Positions 12,451 through 25,245 of a DNA stretch of 63,787 nucleotides are shown here, in pieces (position 1 is the first letter of the stretch; every line of letters starts with the position of its first letter). Origin of the DNA: Glycera tridactyla (lineage: Eukaryota); contig OZ286461.1 in NCBI GenBank assembly GCA_965644265.1, forward strand, positions 115,940,214-116,004,000. The letters run 5' to 3'. Made by a program: the position numbers and the translations under genes. The notes under the pieces are model-generated. The model did not search any database, was not told the DNA's origin, and saw only the letters and a list, made by a program, of their open reading frames with translations.

Positions 12451-12960
12451 GAGGTGTGTGTGTTTGTGTGTCTGGGTGCGCGGGCGTGTGTGTGTCTTTG
12501 TGCGCGGTTGTTTGTGTGTGCGCGGGTGTGTGTGTGTTCACATGTCAGTGTGCACGGGTGTGCTCATGTGTGTCTGTGTGCGGGGGTGTGTGTGTGTGTC
12601 TTTGTGCGAGGGTGTGTGTGTGTCTTTGTGCGTGGGTGTGTGTTCGCGTGTGTGTGTGTGTTTGTGGGTGTCTGTGTGCGTGGGCGTGTGTGTGTGTGTC
12701 TTTGTGCGTGGGTGTGTGTGTGTGCACGGGTGTGTGTGTGTCTGTGTGTGCGGGCGTGTGTGTGTGTTGGTTCATCCCTGTCCGCTACACAGATTGCACG
12801 GGTGTGTTTGTGTGTCTTTGTGCGCGGGTGTGTGTGTGTGCGCGTGTGTGTGTGTGTGTTCCCATGTCTGTGTTTGCAGGGGTGTGTTTGTGTGTTCGGG
12901 TGTGTCTGTGTGCGTGGGTGTGTGTGTGTGTAGGTTCATCCCTGTCCGCTACACAGATTG
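12451..12960. repeat. (GT)n-rich compound microsatellite with internal duplication
   Basis: GT-rich tract; GGTTCATCCCTGTCCGCTACACAGATTG occurs twice (~12769 and ~12933). Confidence 0.95.
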
Positions 12961-13555
12961 GATCGAGCGAAAAAAAGATACAGGGAATAGATGCCATGAC
13001 CATCAATATTCAGTGTGCCCATATGAGCCCTCTCCCCTTTTTTCAGCGAGAGAACAATGAAATTGAATACTATTGTATACAATCATATTCCATTTATTCC
13101 AATTGTTTCATCACCGCAGGTGCTATATACCTCATCAGTATGTTCAGGAATTCAATCATAGGCAGAAATGGAGACCATGTTCGCTCTTGCTGTAGGTTTC
13201 AGGTAGTCTTAAACAATATACAATAGACCAAAGGTCCGAAAATAATGGTCTTTGCACTGGTCACAGCTACACTGATACCCTCCTCAGAATACGCACACAT
13301 GCAAGCACAGAAGAGGAGGTTTGAAAATTCAATCACAGATAGAGGATTTGCCTTGCCAAGCTTAGATCTTCCTGCCAAAATTAGCCCTCACCAGCAATGG
13401 GGAGACTAAAACCTTCAGGCTATGACAGTGGACTGGGATCGGTCAGAAACTGTCATAAAACAACACCCAAACAACAACATATTGACACTGGGTACATGAA
13501 GTCAGTGAGAGTCAGTGATGGGAATATCCGGCCCACCACGTACCCCTGTGTCCAG

Positions 13556-13825
13556 GGGTCTGTTTTACTAAATAGGTGGTCCTTCTGAATTAGGAGGTGT
13601 CGATAGTCTCTCTAAAATGTAGGAGGTGGTCCCAACACCCCCTAATTCCACTCCCCCTAAATCGTCATTTGGCTGATTTAGGGGGACTATTTAGGGAGAC
13701 TAATAAGGGGGAATATAATCAGTAAAACACAACTTACCGGCAATTCCCCTAACGTGAATTTAGGTGGACTAAGTCTCCTAAAACACACAATTAGAGGGAC
13801 TATTAGGGTTTAGTAGAACAGGCCT
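13556..13825. mobile_element. PIF/Harbinger-type MITE, 270 bp
   Basis: 17-bp TIRs GGGTCTGTTTTACTAAA / TTTAGTAGAACAGGCCT (14/17 match). 3-bp duplication CAG at 13553-13555 and 13826-13828. Confidence 0.75.
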
Positions 13826-14419
13826 CAGGTCTACAATCAGTTGGTTGTTGTCGAAGTGCTAACCTCGCTTGACGCAGGCAGCATACTCTCCCTTAATCAT
13901 GTTGTTGACAAGATGCACATGTGCTGCACATGTCACGCGTTTGTCATCACTTTCACAGACCAATATCGCTGATTGCTAGACACCCCCTCTAGGGGCTCAT
14001 TAATTGCAAGATCGCGTATACAATCCTGACTGAATTAGAGACGAAAAACATCACTCGATAGGTCAATCCAAGTCTTCTGAATTCATTACGAAGCCCTCTG
14101 AAGCGCCCACGGGACGGTTTGGATGAGCTATGCCAACCGTTCCTTCACGCCAGTCATAAACAATAATGAGGTACTAGAGCTCTCAGCAATTCATGACAAA
14201 TAGAAGTGACGGCTTACAATGGCTGCCCCGGTTGTGATGCCCAATCATACAAGAGTCGCGTGTACTACAATGGCTGGCCCACGCGAGCACTTATACCCAA
14301 ATGAAGTTTAAAGAGCCAACAAGTTTTTATAGGCCTCTCAGTCAAGGCAAGACGAGTTCCCCGTAGAATAATATATAACGAATCTTTAGCTCTCTTGTGA
14401 ATAGAAAACCTCATTTTTT

Positions 14420-16150
14420 TCAATACAAAAACGAGTTGTGTCGCTCGCCCGGGTGCAAGAGATGAATTGCTGTAGCGTGTGGGTGGTTTCTGTTAAATTC
14501 AGTGATGAGAGACTTATCCGGTTTCAAGGTTATTCGTTGACTCAGCAACATCACGCTGGCTATATCGAGACGGGGTCTTATGTGTCTGGTGGAACCAATC
14601 ATCATTTCTTCTTGATGGTCTGGAATTGATTGTGAGAATTTATGAAATCCGTAGACGACCTGTTTTATTCTGAGTTTGTGAAATATGTGAGGAATATCAT
14701 TCACGGGATTTGGCTTCGTATTAGGACGAGCTTCGTTGTTGGATTTTTTTGTTTTGGGGTTGTTAAGTGTGCAACAACAAAAATAAGGATTCGATTCTGA
14801 TGCACAGCAGCGGACCTAAGCGATTGGATCGACTTGAAAGATTGTAAGATATTGATGAGAACTGCTAGAGTTTTATCTAGGTGACCTGTGTTTGGTCCTG
14901 ATGGCTGATAATCCTGCAAAATCACCGAGCCGATGCAGAGCTCTTATCTCCTTCACATATATCTGTACATACCCAACAGTGGAGGGTGCTCAGTTGATCA
15001 CCGACTTCTGACGAGTGCTCCTTGCATACAGTCCGAAGCTCAGTCGCAGATGTTATGTATGGCATCATTACCTCTTTCTATACAAACATTAAATTGTTCT
15101 ACCTGCTTGAAGCAGATCATTGGCTAGGTATGTGCACTGATGACTCGTGAGTCACTTATTGGCAGGGAAGGGGGTACTAGGCATACCTTTTACGGGCCAA
15201 TAATGTTGCGGTTTGCTTAATGCCGCGAAAATAAAACAGGGCAAGACTAAAGCTGGTATACCAAGGTCGACAACTCATTTCTGAATATTTGCATATACGA
15301 TCTTTGAACTATTGCATCCTCTTGTTTCTAGTATACTGTCAAACATTGCTCGAAACTAATATATCTAACACCTGTCTGGCCCACCATCATGCTCTTCTCA
15401 GGGTTCATGGGCGTGATACATGCCAGGGACAGAGCATCCAGCGTGGAGAGATCAGGGATACGTGGTTTTCATAATCCATCAGGACGGTGCTTAACAATAA
15501 ATTAGGACTTATCAGATATAATCCTATGAAGTATTTTTTCGATATCTATAGAAAGAGAGTTGGGCCATTTACCTGTAGATCTTGGTGCGAATCAAGAAGA
15601 GGTTAAACCCGGCTCAGATGGGAAGCCACGGATGGGGACCGTCTTTTCAGGGGAGGATTTCGCATTATTTTCCTAAACGTGGATAAAGATTTCATCTCTG
15701 CCCCAGAGATATACTAGGTGTCTATATAATTCATCTTTCCCTATTATCTTTCTATTGTGCGCAGCGGTTCAGGTGATAAGATGGTTTGTGTTTCCATCCA
15801 TATGTCTCGAATCAGTGATATAGAGATGAGTGTATGGCCGTTGTTATCATGTTGATGAATGGCATTTGTGATATGATCTTATGATATAAGATCATCTGTC
15901 AGATGAAGCTTCCTTGTTATGATAACTAGATGATGGTTGTAACTCGAATGTACTCCTAGCGCCATCTACCGTCGTGCTGTTTGAAATGCCTGTTGTGATG
16001 ATTCCATGGAAGTGCCGTTGTTTTGTGATGAAATTAAAGTGCATACAAGTCAGTAGCGGCTGAGTTCTGTCATCCTTGATCAGATAGATGGGTATGTACA
16101 TATATTGGAGAGATATAATCCAGGTCAAAATCCCACCAAAGTACCGCCAT
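14420..16150 (-). mobile_element. Old Penelope-like element relic (RT plus GIY-YIG fragments)
   Basis: FKQHDG/MALG (PLE QxxGxAMG region) near 15960, an NG.QLSF.DI-like segment near 15560, and IGSTRHIRPRLD..KSLITE (GIY-YIG YIG.T.R.L..R..H region) at 14420-14700. Many stops; may be a composite of more than one relic. Confidence 0.5.
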
Positions 16151-16399
16151 CCAGTCTACCATGTTTGTCTTGAATTTCAGACTCAACACCAACCAACCAA
16201 TTGAATGCTATAGCAAGAATACATGGCCGTGAAGTAAGAATGCAATACCAAACGAGGGATGTCTTGAGGTCGAAGGCCGAGTGACATGCAGCTGAATTCA
16301 GAACAACGTCGATATTGCGATTTTACCTCACTGGCACATATTTTACATTTATCACATGGAGTATGGGATGAATCATCAGAAATAGTTCTCGCCCAGTTG

Positions 16400-17700
16400 T
16401 GAAGTGTTAAAAGCAATACTGAAAATATCATATGCCTGTGATTCTTGTCACCCGTCGGACCATCAACATGATCATTCTTCTCAAGTTTCTGCGAGGATGG
16501 GATGCCGTCGCGGGAAGGTCTCAGTGAGAGTGCGTCGTTCTCCTGTAATAGAAATAGTTGCTAGTGAAATGGCATATTTGTTTTCACCTCACATGACGAT
16601 GCAGGTGGACAGGTTTCAGCGTCATGACTCATGTTTATCACATATATACATACGTTGGCATTCATACATAGTTTGTCACATAGATAGCCAAATATGCAAG
16701 CAGTGGGTTCATCTTCTTCATAGAGGTTGAGGTATGTTTGGATCGTGAGCAAAATCATCCAATTGAATATTCCCCATCACTTGCGATGCGTTCACCTGAC
16801 CTGTCTTTACTAGGTCTACGACAAATAGCTGAGACATTAGTAGTAGGTTGGGCCACATTTCTGATATTCACCATTGGCATTCGATTCACAACAGCCAATG
16901 GACTATACTGCCTTCCTGTGTCTTCCCTTTTTTCCTTTCTCTTTCTTCCTCTCTCTTTGACCTTGTCTGGATTAGCAAATGACACTATGGTTACTAACTA
17001 TGCCAGTAGAACACGATTACTGGATTATCCAGTTGGACAACACAGACACTTGGTTCTCCTAGATATCCCGACGTTGCAGGGGTTCACTGGATTCCCATAG
17101 CCTCGTAAAATGCCACTGGAGTCAAAAATTATGCGGGCTTCACTCAGAATTGCTGTATTTTCTTTATTGGTGACCAAATACACTCCAAATGGAGTTAATG
17201 AATCGCTCAAAAGTCAACACTCATGTGAGTTTCACCTGATTTTCTCAAGAACAATAATCACACCAGTCTCGCCCAAAATGATCACTGGAGTTCCATAGGG
17301 TCACCAGTTATCAGAGAGAAGTCCTGGATCAAGTGAAATGGGATCCCAGCATACCCTGGCCACATAATCAGCCACAATCCACTCCCATATTTCCTTATCT
17401 AACTGCGTGTATTGCATAATTACGAGGCCAGCAGACGTGGACTGAGATCTGTTGCTCATAATCCCGGTCTCGAATCTAGGTCTATGTTGATCATTGATTA
17501 TCCCCTGATGACGTAGTGATTGCCTAGGTTGACCTACTTGTGGGGACACAGAATAAATTATGTTCTGATGCATCATACCGAAACATCGTAATGGATAGAT
17601 ACACGTAAAGACAAATTTTCCGAAAATTTCGTCCATCCACAAAAGGGATAACACAGAATATGGGACGTGCCTCGGTAATGACACAGGTGAAAAATATCGT
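16400..17700 (-). mobile_element. Degenerate Ty3/gypsy integrase relic
   Basis: HQGII...LDKEIWEWIV..V..C (zinc-finger region), NTAILSEARIIFDSSGI (core) and YRRTTHS (core C-terminus), in the expected order. Confidence 0.5.
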
Positions 17701-17862
17701 AGGATACATGAATTCCAATGCTTGGCCCGAAGTAATTGGGGATTGAATCATAGTGGTGATTATCCGTCTCGATATCCCGGAATGACATTATCCGGGTGTG
17801 TAATTATCATTATGGAAACAATTGCTGTCCTCTGTTAGATGGTTGAGCATGGGCAGTGATTC

Positions 17863-17921
17863 GTCGCTGATATGTCGCTGAAATGTCGCTGATATGTCGC
17901 TGACATGTCGCTGACATGTCG
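17863..17921. repeat. 11-bp tandem repeat (GTCGCTGAHAT) x5
   Basis: Direct reading. Confidence 0.9.
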
Positions 17922-18299
17922 GTGTGTCCTTGAAGTTTCCGCAAGAATACATGCGTGTGATCATCCGATCATGACTGCATGAACAATTGTTCTTGCTTTC
18001 ATCCCAGGGGCTCCGAAAGATTGATAAAAGTTACCACAGACAAAATCGACATATGTTGTGTTTATCGCCCCAACCCCAAAAGGTAACCTCCAGGGTAAAA
18101 ACCTCGAGGGTGGCGATATTCACAACACTGCTCACCGAACATATTTTTTGATGAAATTGGTATAGTTGTAAATGATACCATCCCTCTCAAACGTTATTGT
18201 GTGAAAGAGGGTGTCCCTACTGGGTCACTGGGGAGTTCCTTGATATGGCCCAATAACGAGAGAAAGCGAGCCATAAACCCAATAGTTGAGAATCTTGCA

Positions 18300-19310
18300 G
18301 AGAAAGAAAGCTCACTGACATTGACTAGAAAAACCAAAACCAAGTTGCAGAGAGACTACCGTGGACATCAGCTCACGTTGAATAAGGATAACAATCGCAG
18401 GACATGGAAAATAATCAGAAACTTTTGGAAAGTTGAGAAAGGAAGTACCCATATAATCAAGATAGACATGTACACTGAAATGAAAGACATAGTAGATATT
18501 TAGAATACATATTTTGCCAATATTGGTAATAGCTTTTCTGGCCAGATTTTGAATGTCTACAGTGACCCACTCGACACCCGTTCATTTACATAAAGATTGC
18601 TTCACATTCCGTACAGTTAGACTACATGAGATCCTGGATGTTATTAGATCCGTTTCGGTTAACAGATTCGGCAGGGAAGAAGGAATACCCGCAGGAGTGA
18701 TTGTTGAATGCAAAGAAAGTAATAGCCCCTCTATTATGAAGCATCTTTAACAACATTCTAAAGAATGGTATCTTTCCAGATTTGTGGAAAACAGCAACCA
18801 TAGTACCCTTACTTGAAGAGGGAGATCATTCATAAGCTTGCAATCACAGGTCCGTGAGCCTGCTATCGCCATCTGGTAAAATTTTGAAGCGGTTATCACA
18901 CCAACCGCTATATGATAATGTGGAGTGCATGAGTGTGCTGTGTCGGGAGCAGTCAGGGTTCAGGAGGGGGCGTTCAACTGGCACTTGCCTGCACGAATAT
19001 CAGGATAGTATCCATCTAGGTATGGAGTGGGGGAGTGCCACTGGAAATGTCTGCCTGGACCTAAAGGAGGCTTTCGACACGGTCGACCATGCGCTCCTCA
19101 TACGTAAGTTAATATTGTATGGCTTTGACAAATTGTCATCTCAATTAATATGCTCATACTTGTCAGGCATACTTGATCGTGTCAAACTAAAATAGAATCA
19201 GAATTGTCCAATCTGGAGTCTATTTCATGTGGGTGGTGTCTCTGATGGACCTATATTAGGTCCCTTGTTTTTCAGTCTATATATAAATTACCTTCTCGAC
19301 TACCCGAGGG
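18300..19310 (+). mobile_element. CR1/L2-group LINE ORF2 relic, 5' part of RT
   Basis: SLLS..KIL, EQSGFRRGRST, CLDLKEAFDTVDHALLIRKLILYG, SYLSG, GVSDGPILGPLFFSLYIN. Confidence 0.85.
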
Positions 19311-20649
19311 GCACCACAAACTACACTTTGAATGATTCTAGATCACAGAATGTCACATCTTATGATCCGGTTTGTATGGGGACTGCCCTGAATAATGTGT
19401 GACGATCGGGTATACGGCCAGTTCCCGAAACTGTCAAACTTTCACCAAATAAACATGTCAGCGCCGATTTTCACGCTTAAACTTCACAAAACTTCGTTAG
19501 AGTATGTAAACGACCTAAATCTTTCATTTCCGGTAGTGATTCAATGCATTCGGGACTTATTTCAGCTTTAATCAACGATTTTCAGCCGAAAAACGATCTT
19601 ATTTTGGATACGGGAACCCCCCTCCTTGGCATGCTATCGGCGCCTCTCTCCACTTGAATTTTCCAAATTTTCACTTGCAATTCGCAGGAAAATTGGGAAA
19701 AATGTTTATCTATTGATTTGTGCCGCCGTTTGCCACCAGTTCGGGCGATTTCATGCATTTTCGGACGATTTTGTAGGTTGAAGTGATGTTTTCTTGCTCG
19801 GCGGCCATTTTGCTTACTGACGTCATCGGTATCCCCGCCTCTGATTGGCTGGTGAGTGCTGTGTCACCAAAATTCGACACCGGGTGTCAATGTGTCGCCA
19901 TTAGTATATAAGTGGCACAGGGTGACACCTTTGGCAGAACCTGGGTCAGATTTGGCCTTCCCAAAAAGAAACCAAACCAGAGTTGGGAATTGAAAAGTTA
20001 GTATCTGTTGACTTGGGGTGTCCCTGGGCACATTTATGGTAAGGCTGGCCCTAGTGCCTGCCTCCTTCCCCAGTGAAATGGGTTGGTTGTGGAGTGGAGC
20101 CACTGACCTTGCGCTCCTTTGGCCAGACTGTTGGCAACCATGGCTAGTTGTGCCACCGGGCCTGTTTGGTATTAGGCTGGTGGCTGGGTTATTGTTTTAG
20201 AGCGTAGGAATTATGTCGTGCCTTGATTTAATTCACCTTCTATATCAGTTGGGGTTTATTTATAATTGAGAAATTCTGCAATCATATAAACAGATACAGT
20301 GAATCCAGCTCAGTGAATTGAGCTCATGTGCTGATATCGCATAATTTCGTGATCAAGTTAGAAAGATAGTATTATGTAAAGTGCCTTGACTTGATGCAGA
20401 TTCTATGTCAGTTGGGAGTTGTGTATAACTTGAATAATTGCCAATCATATAGGCAAACCTAGTGAATCAAGCTCATGTTCTGACATCACATATTTCCATA
20501 GATGAGCACAAGGATGACGAACATGTTTTCTCAAAGTAGACTGATAGCATAGTTGGGGAGAACTTGCATGTGTACATAATTTCACTGTTATAAACTGTTA
20601 TAATCTGTTATGATTTGTGGCCTCCAGCGTCCTTTCGAGCTGCGATACC

Positions 20650-21440
20650 CCAATAACATGTGCAGTAAGGGTTGTGTCGACAAAGGAGTGGTCGTTTTTG
20701 TTGAATATTTATCGTCTGGTGTGTCTGGGTGAAGTGTCGGGACAATCAGTGATCAGGGTTGCATGAGTGATCAAGGTAATTTCCGTCTAATCAAAGGAGT
20801 CGTACTGGTAATATGGGTAATTTCAGGTGTGTTGCTTGAGTGTCTGGAGTGTTATTGTGGCAGGGGAATGGCATTTGTTTTAGTTGCACTCACGAGATAT
20901 ATAAACCTGTCACACTCTGGTATCCTTAAAGCATAGGACCGGCCTTTCTGTTTGTAATGGTGAGAGATGGAATATTTTGTGATTGTTTTGAGAGAGTCTA
21001 GTATAATAAAGCTCAGGTTTGTTATTTCTAAATAACGTGTCGAATCCTTCTTATAAGCAAACAGTGATAAAGTGTGTGAGGGCGAGTTTAATCTGGTTAG
21101 AGTCTGGTGAATTGGCCTTGCATGAGGGCCGCCGCTACCATAGGATTAGTTAGCCAGGCCATACAGGTTCAGAACACCATCTGTGGTGTCCGTTACCCTG
21201 GACGAGGCCTTGAGTTGCTTTTGGGATAGATAACCAGACCTCTGGGTCAGTACGCCATTTTTGGTGTCGGCTACCCTGGAAGAGGTTATTTGGGATCAGA
21301 ACCCTGATACTTGGGGTCCGTCATTCCATAAAACCTTTGGATATGATCTTTGGACACATTGGGCAGCGTAATATAGACCCTTCCTGGATAGGATGGCACG
21401 CTACCACGGAGGATATGCATACTTCATAGTAGGGTGGTTC
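20650..21440 (-). mobile_element. Penelope-like GIY-YIG-region fragment inserted in the LINE
   Basis: Minus-strand fragments FVANHP (cf. PLV.TYHP), GRSYAL..PEC, FIYLVS and LSRHFTQTH, broken by frameshifts. Confidence 0.4.
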
Positions 21441-21459
21441 GCTACAAATGTAATGAGTT

Positions 21460-22150
21460 CTGTGATATTATGAATGAAGTTGAACGGACTTCCATTGAAT
21501 TCATCAGAAACCAAGTTGATGGTCCTCGGTCTATCAAGCAAACTGACAAAATTTGCTAACATTTGTGTCAAGACAGGTAAACAAGAATTTGTTTGTGTGG
21601 GCAAAATAAAATATTTGGGAATGGTTATTGACTTTCGTTCAACTTTTAAGTATCACGTATTACATTCAAGGCCCGTACAATGAGCAAAACGGACACTTTA
21701 GGGATGCTATTTTCAGTTTTGAGCCAGCAGATGGTCTTGAAATTATTTCAAACATCAAAATATAGTCCTCAATTGTTTGTCGCAGCGGGATGCCTTTACA
21801 TTACAAAAGGTACAGAATATTGCGATGAGATACGTTTCAAAAAAGCCCAAGCGGTACAATATTGATCAACTTCATCAAGAGTAAGATTTGCTGCCTCTGA
21901 ACACGAACTTATACACATCAATAATATTATTCATGTGATCCTATCTGCCTCCTTATACATGATGAACATGGCCACGCAATCCAATCTAACCAAAGCCACT
22001 TCTGAAACTAGTAAGAGTCTGTTATTCACTCTGTCAAAAAAAATGTCAGGCTCCATGCAGGAAAAGCAATGGAACTGCTTAGTTAACAGTCACTCCAATG
22101 TGGAGGTCATGAAACCTGATTCATTTAAGGCATTTATGAAGGAACTGAGA
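21460..22150 (+). mobile_element. CR1/L2-group LINE ORF2 relic, 3' part of RT (continuation of 18300-19310)
   Basis: MKLNGLPLNSSETKLMV..KYLGMVID..TFKYH, LQKVQN-like segment, and QWNCL..FKAFMK at the 3' end. Confidence 0.75.
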
Positions 22151-23543
22151 TATGTGAGACCGTAAATAACATTACTTAATGATGTGTAAGACCAATTCAT
22201 ATAACGTCATATAACGTCACATTCATTTCATCTTCGTTTTCATCTCATGATCATATCCATTTCTGTAAATTCATCATCATCTCACATTTCGTATTTGAAG
22301 TTTTGCATGTATTCATATCGTCATCCTGAAAATGGACAATGTATCGTCCTTTTGTGTACTTGTTCAATTGCATCTGACGATACCAAATGAAAATTTCAAA
22401 ATCAAAATCAAACCTGATTCACAAGAATATGAATTCGTGACATGTATATTGATATTCAGCGTAATTGCCACAGAGATATATTCTGAATGAATATTTTCTC
22501 GACATTTTGCTCAACATTGAGACCTGAAGTGTGCATATTCATGGGATAACTTGTTGGAAAGTCGTATAAGATTTCCAGTCATACTAATGTTGATTGCATC
22601 TCGTGAGCGATAATTGAGAGCGGCTCACCTGGAACTTGAGCATCGTCATGACCATCGTTGATGCAACCTTTATCCTTGTTTTCTGCAATATAGGATTACA
22701 TAATCGTGATCGAGGTGTAATCTAGCTTATCCGCTGTATGGCCAGATCCCTCGATATTAAACTCGTCCATTGCCATATGATTCATTTGGCCATGAATCCT
22801 TTTGTAAGGTTTTATATTGGTTTTCACCCGTGCTCTTCAAGTAGGAGTCCCATCATGGCCAAGATCTTGCTGACAAACGAGCAATTACTCAAACGTTTCC
22901 ATCGCTGGGACTTCGGTATCGGCCTGTCATTCCACAGAAACGCAATGGAGCCGGTGGTCGTTTCGCATATATTCTGTGGACATGACTCTTACAGAGTCAA
23001 TATAATGACCATGAACACGTCTTCAAGCATCCTCAATGTGCACAATCAGCCTCAAGTAACTGCAACTTCCTTCATTAGCAAGGTGATCAAACAACTTTCA
23101 AGACACTGATATGTGATAAGTTTCATCTTTGGTAGGGTTCAATCTGTCTGTGGCGTTCGGCGAATGTGGCGCTCCTGTCCCAACTCTAAAGTGCACACAG
23201 AGTGTAGGAACATGCTTTCAACTCATAATCGAGAGCCGAGCAGGGGGGTTCCAATTGTCATTAGCTGATGTTAGCTACCTGCAACCTAATTGAAACAAAA
23301 ATTGAAATGGAAATGGAAATGTTGAGATTTTAGGTCCACTGCACTTGAGTAGGCTGAATCAGACCACCTGCCAAGGAGGAGCGAAGATGAAGGGTGAAAC
23401 GTTCCTGCACGGGGACCTGTTATTGGTTATTGTACATCTAAAATAGAAATGAAAAATCTATTCTCATCACCATGAATTTTTTTATTAGGTCTTCATGATA
23501 TTGGGGTATATACATATACATTCTCTGACAAGAAAAGCAATGA

Positions 23544-24992
23544 TATCGGCACCAGTAGCCAGGTATCGGGATCAGTAGCCAGGTATCGGGATCGGTAGCC
23601 AGGTATCGGCATCAGGCAGCCAGGTATCGGGATCAGTAGCCAGGTATCTGGATCAGTAGCTAGGTATCGGCACCAGTAGCCAGGTATCGGCACCAGTAGG
23701 TATCGGCACCAGTAACCAGGTATCGGCACCAGTAGCCAGGTATCGGCATCAGTAGCCAGGTATCGGCACCAGTAGCCAGGTATCGGCACCAGTAGCCAGG
23801 TATCGGCATCAGTAGCCAGGTATCGGCATCAGTAGCCAGGTATCGGGATCAGTAGCAAGGTATCGGCACCAGTAGCCAGGTATCGGGATCAGTAGCCAGG
23901 TATCGGCACCAGTAGCCAGGTATCGGCACCAGTAGCCAGGTATCGGCATCAGTAGCCAGGTATCGGCATCAGTAGCCAGGTATCGGCATCAGTAGCCAGG
24001 TATCCGCACCAGTAGCCAGGTATCGGCACCAGTAGCCAGGTATCGGGATCAGTAGCCAGGTATCGGCACCAGTAGCCAGGTATCGGCATAAGTAGCCAGG
24101 TATCGGCACCAGTAGCCAGGTATCGGGATCAGTAGCCAGGTATCGGGATCAGTAGCCAGGTATCGGCACCAGTGGCCAGGTATCGGGATCAGTAGCCAGG
24201 TATCGGGATCAGTAGCAAGGTATCGGCATCAGTAGCCAGGTATCGGGATCAGTAGCCAGGTATCGGCACCAGTAGCCAGGTATCGGCATAAGTAGCCAGG
24301 TATCGGCACCAGTAGCCAGGTATCGGGATCAGTAGCCAGGTATCAGCATCAGTAGCCAGGTATCGGCATCAGTAGCCAGGTATCGGCACCAGTAGCCAGG
24401 TATCGGCATCAGTAGACAGGTATCGGCACCAGTAGCCAGGTATCGGCATAAGTAGCCAGGTATCGGGATCAGTAGCCAGGTATCGGCACCAGTAGCCAGG
24501 TATCGGCATGAGTAGCCAGGTATCGGCACCAGTAGCCAGGTATCGGGATCAGTAGCCAGGTATTGGCATCAGTAGCCAGGTATCGGCATCAGTAGCCAGG
24601 TATCGGCATCAGTAGCCAGGTATCGGCACCAGTAGCCAGGTATCGGCACCAGTAGCCAGGTATCGGCATCAGTAGCCAGGTATCGGCATCAGTAGCCAGG
24701 TATTGGGATCAGTAGCCAGGTATCGGCACCAGTAGCCAGGTATCGGCACCAGTAGCCAGGTATCGGCACCAGTAGCCAGGTATCGGCACCAGTAGCCAGG
24801 TATCGGCATCAGTAGCCAGGTATCGGCATCAGTAGCCAGGTATCGGGATTAGTAGCCAGGTATCGGCACCAGTAGCCAGGTATCGGGATCAGTAGCCAGG
24901 TATCGGCACCAGTAGCCAGGTATGGGCATCAGTAGCCAGGTATCGGCGTCAGTAGCCAGGTATCGGCACCAGTAGCCAGGTATCGGCATCAG
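23544..24992. repeat. 20-bp minisatellite array, ~73 copies
   Basis: Unit AGTAGCCAGGTATCGG+(CACC/CATC/GATC), head-to-tail with no spacers. Confidence 0.98.
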
Positions 24993-25245
24993 ATATCGAA
25001 CTGAGACTGTCGAGTGAGGATGCCTCGGCCCAAACATCCAGTAGTGATTCCAGTCAAAGCAAAGAGTATATCAGTGTGATAGGAGTCAGTGATACGAGAA
25101 TACTCAGATATCCCAGATATTACACAGACATCCTTCTCATAGCCACGGAGCTCATTATTATCATTTCACGGGTAACATACAATTCATGGCCAGGTGGAAT
25201 ATAAATCCATCACACACACACACATATATATATATATTTTTTTTT

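Noticed and set aside
23290-23420. Possible SINE 3' relic with a GAAATG-repeat tail
   Set aside because: No tRNA-derived head, A/B boxes or TSD identifiable.
23544-24992. CRISPR-like array, and the Pro/Trp-rich repeat ORFs on the minus strand
   Set aside because: Head-to-tail units with no unique spacers, no cas genes and a eukaryotic context; the ORFs are translation artefacts of a 20-bp unit.
23542-24998. GATATCG at both ends of the 20-bp array as a target-site duplication
   Set aside because: It overlaps the unit's own TATCG, so it is better explained as degenerate terminal units.
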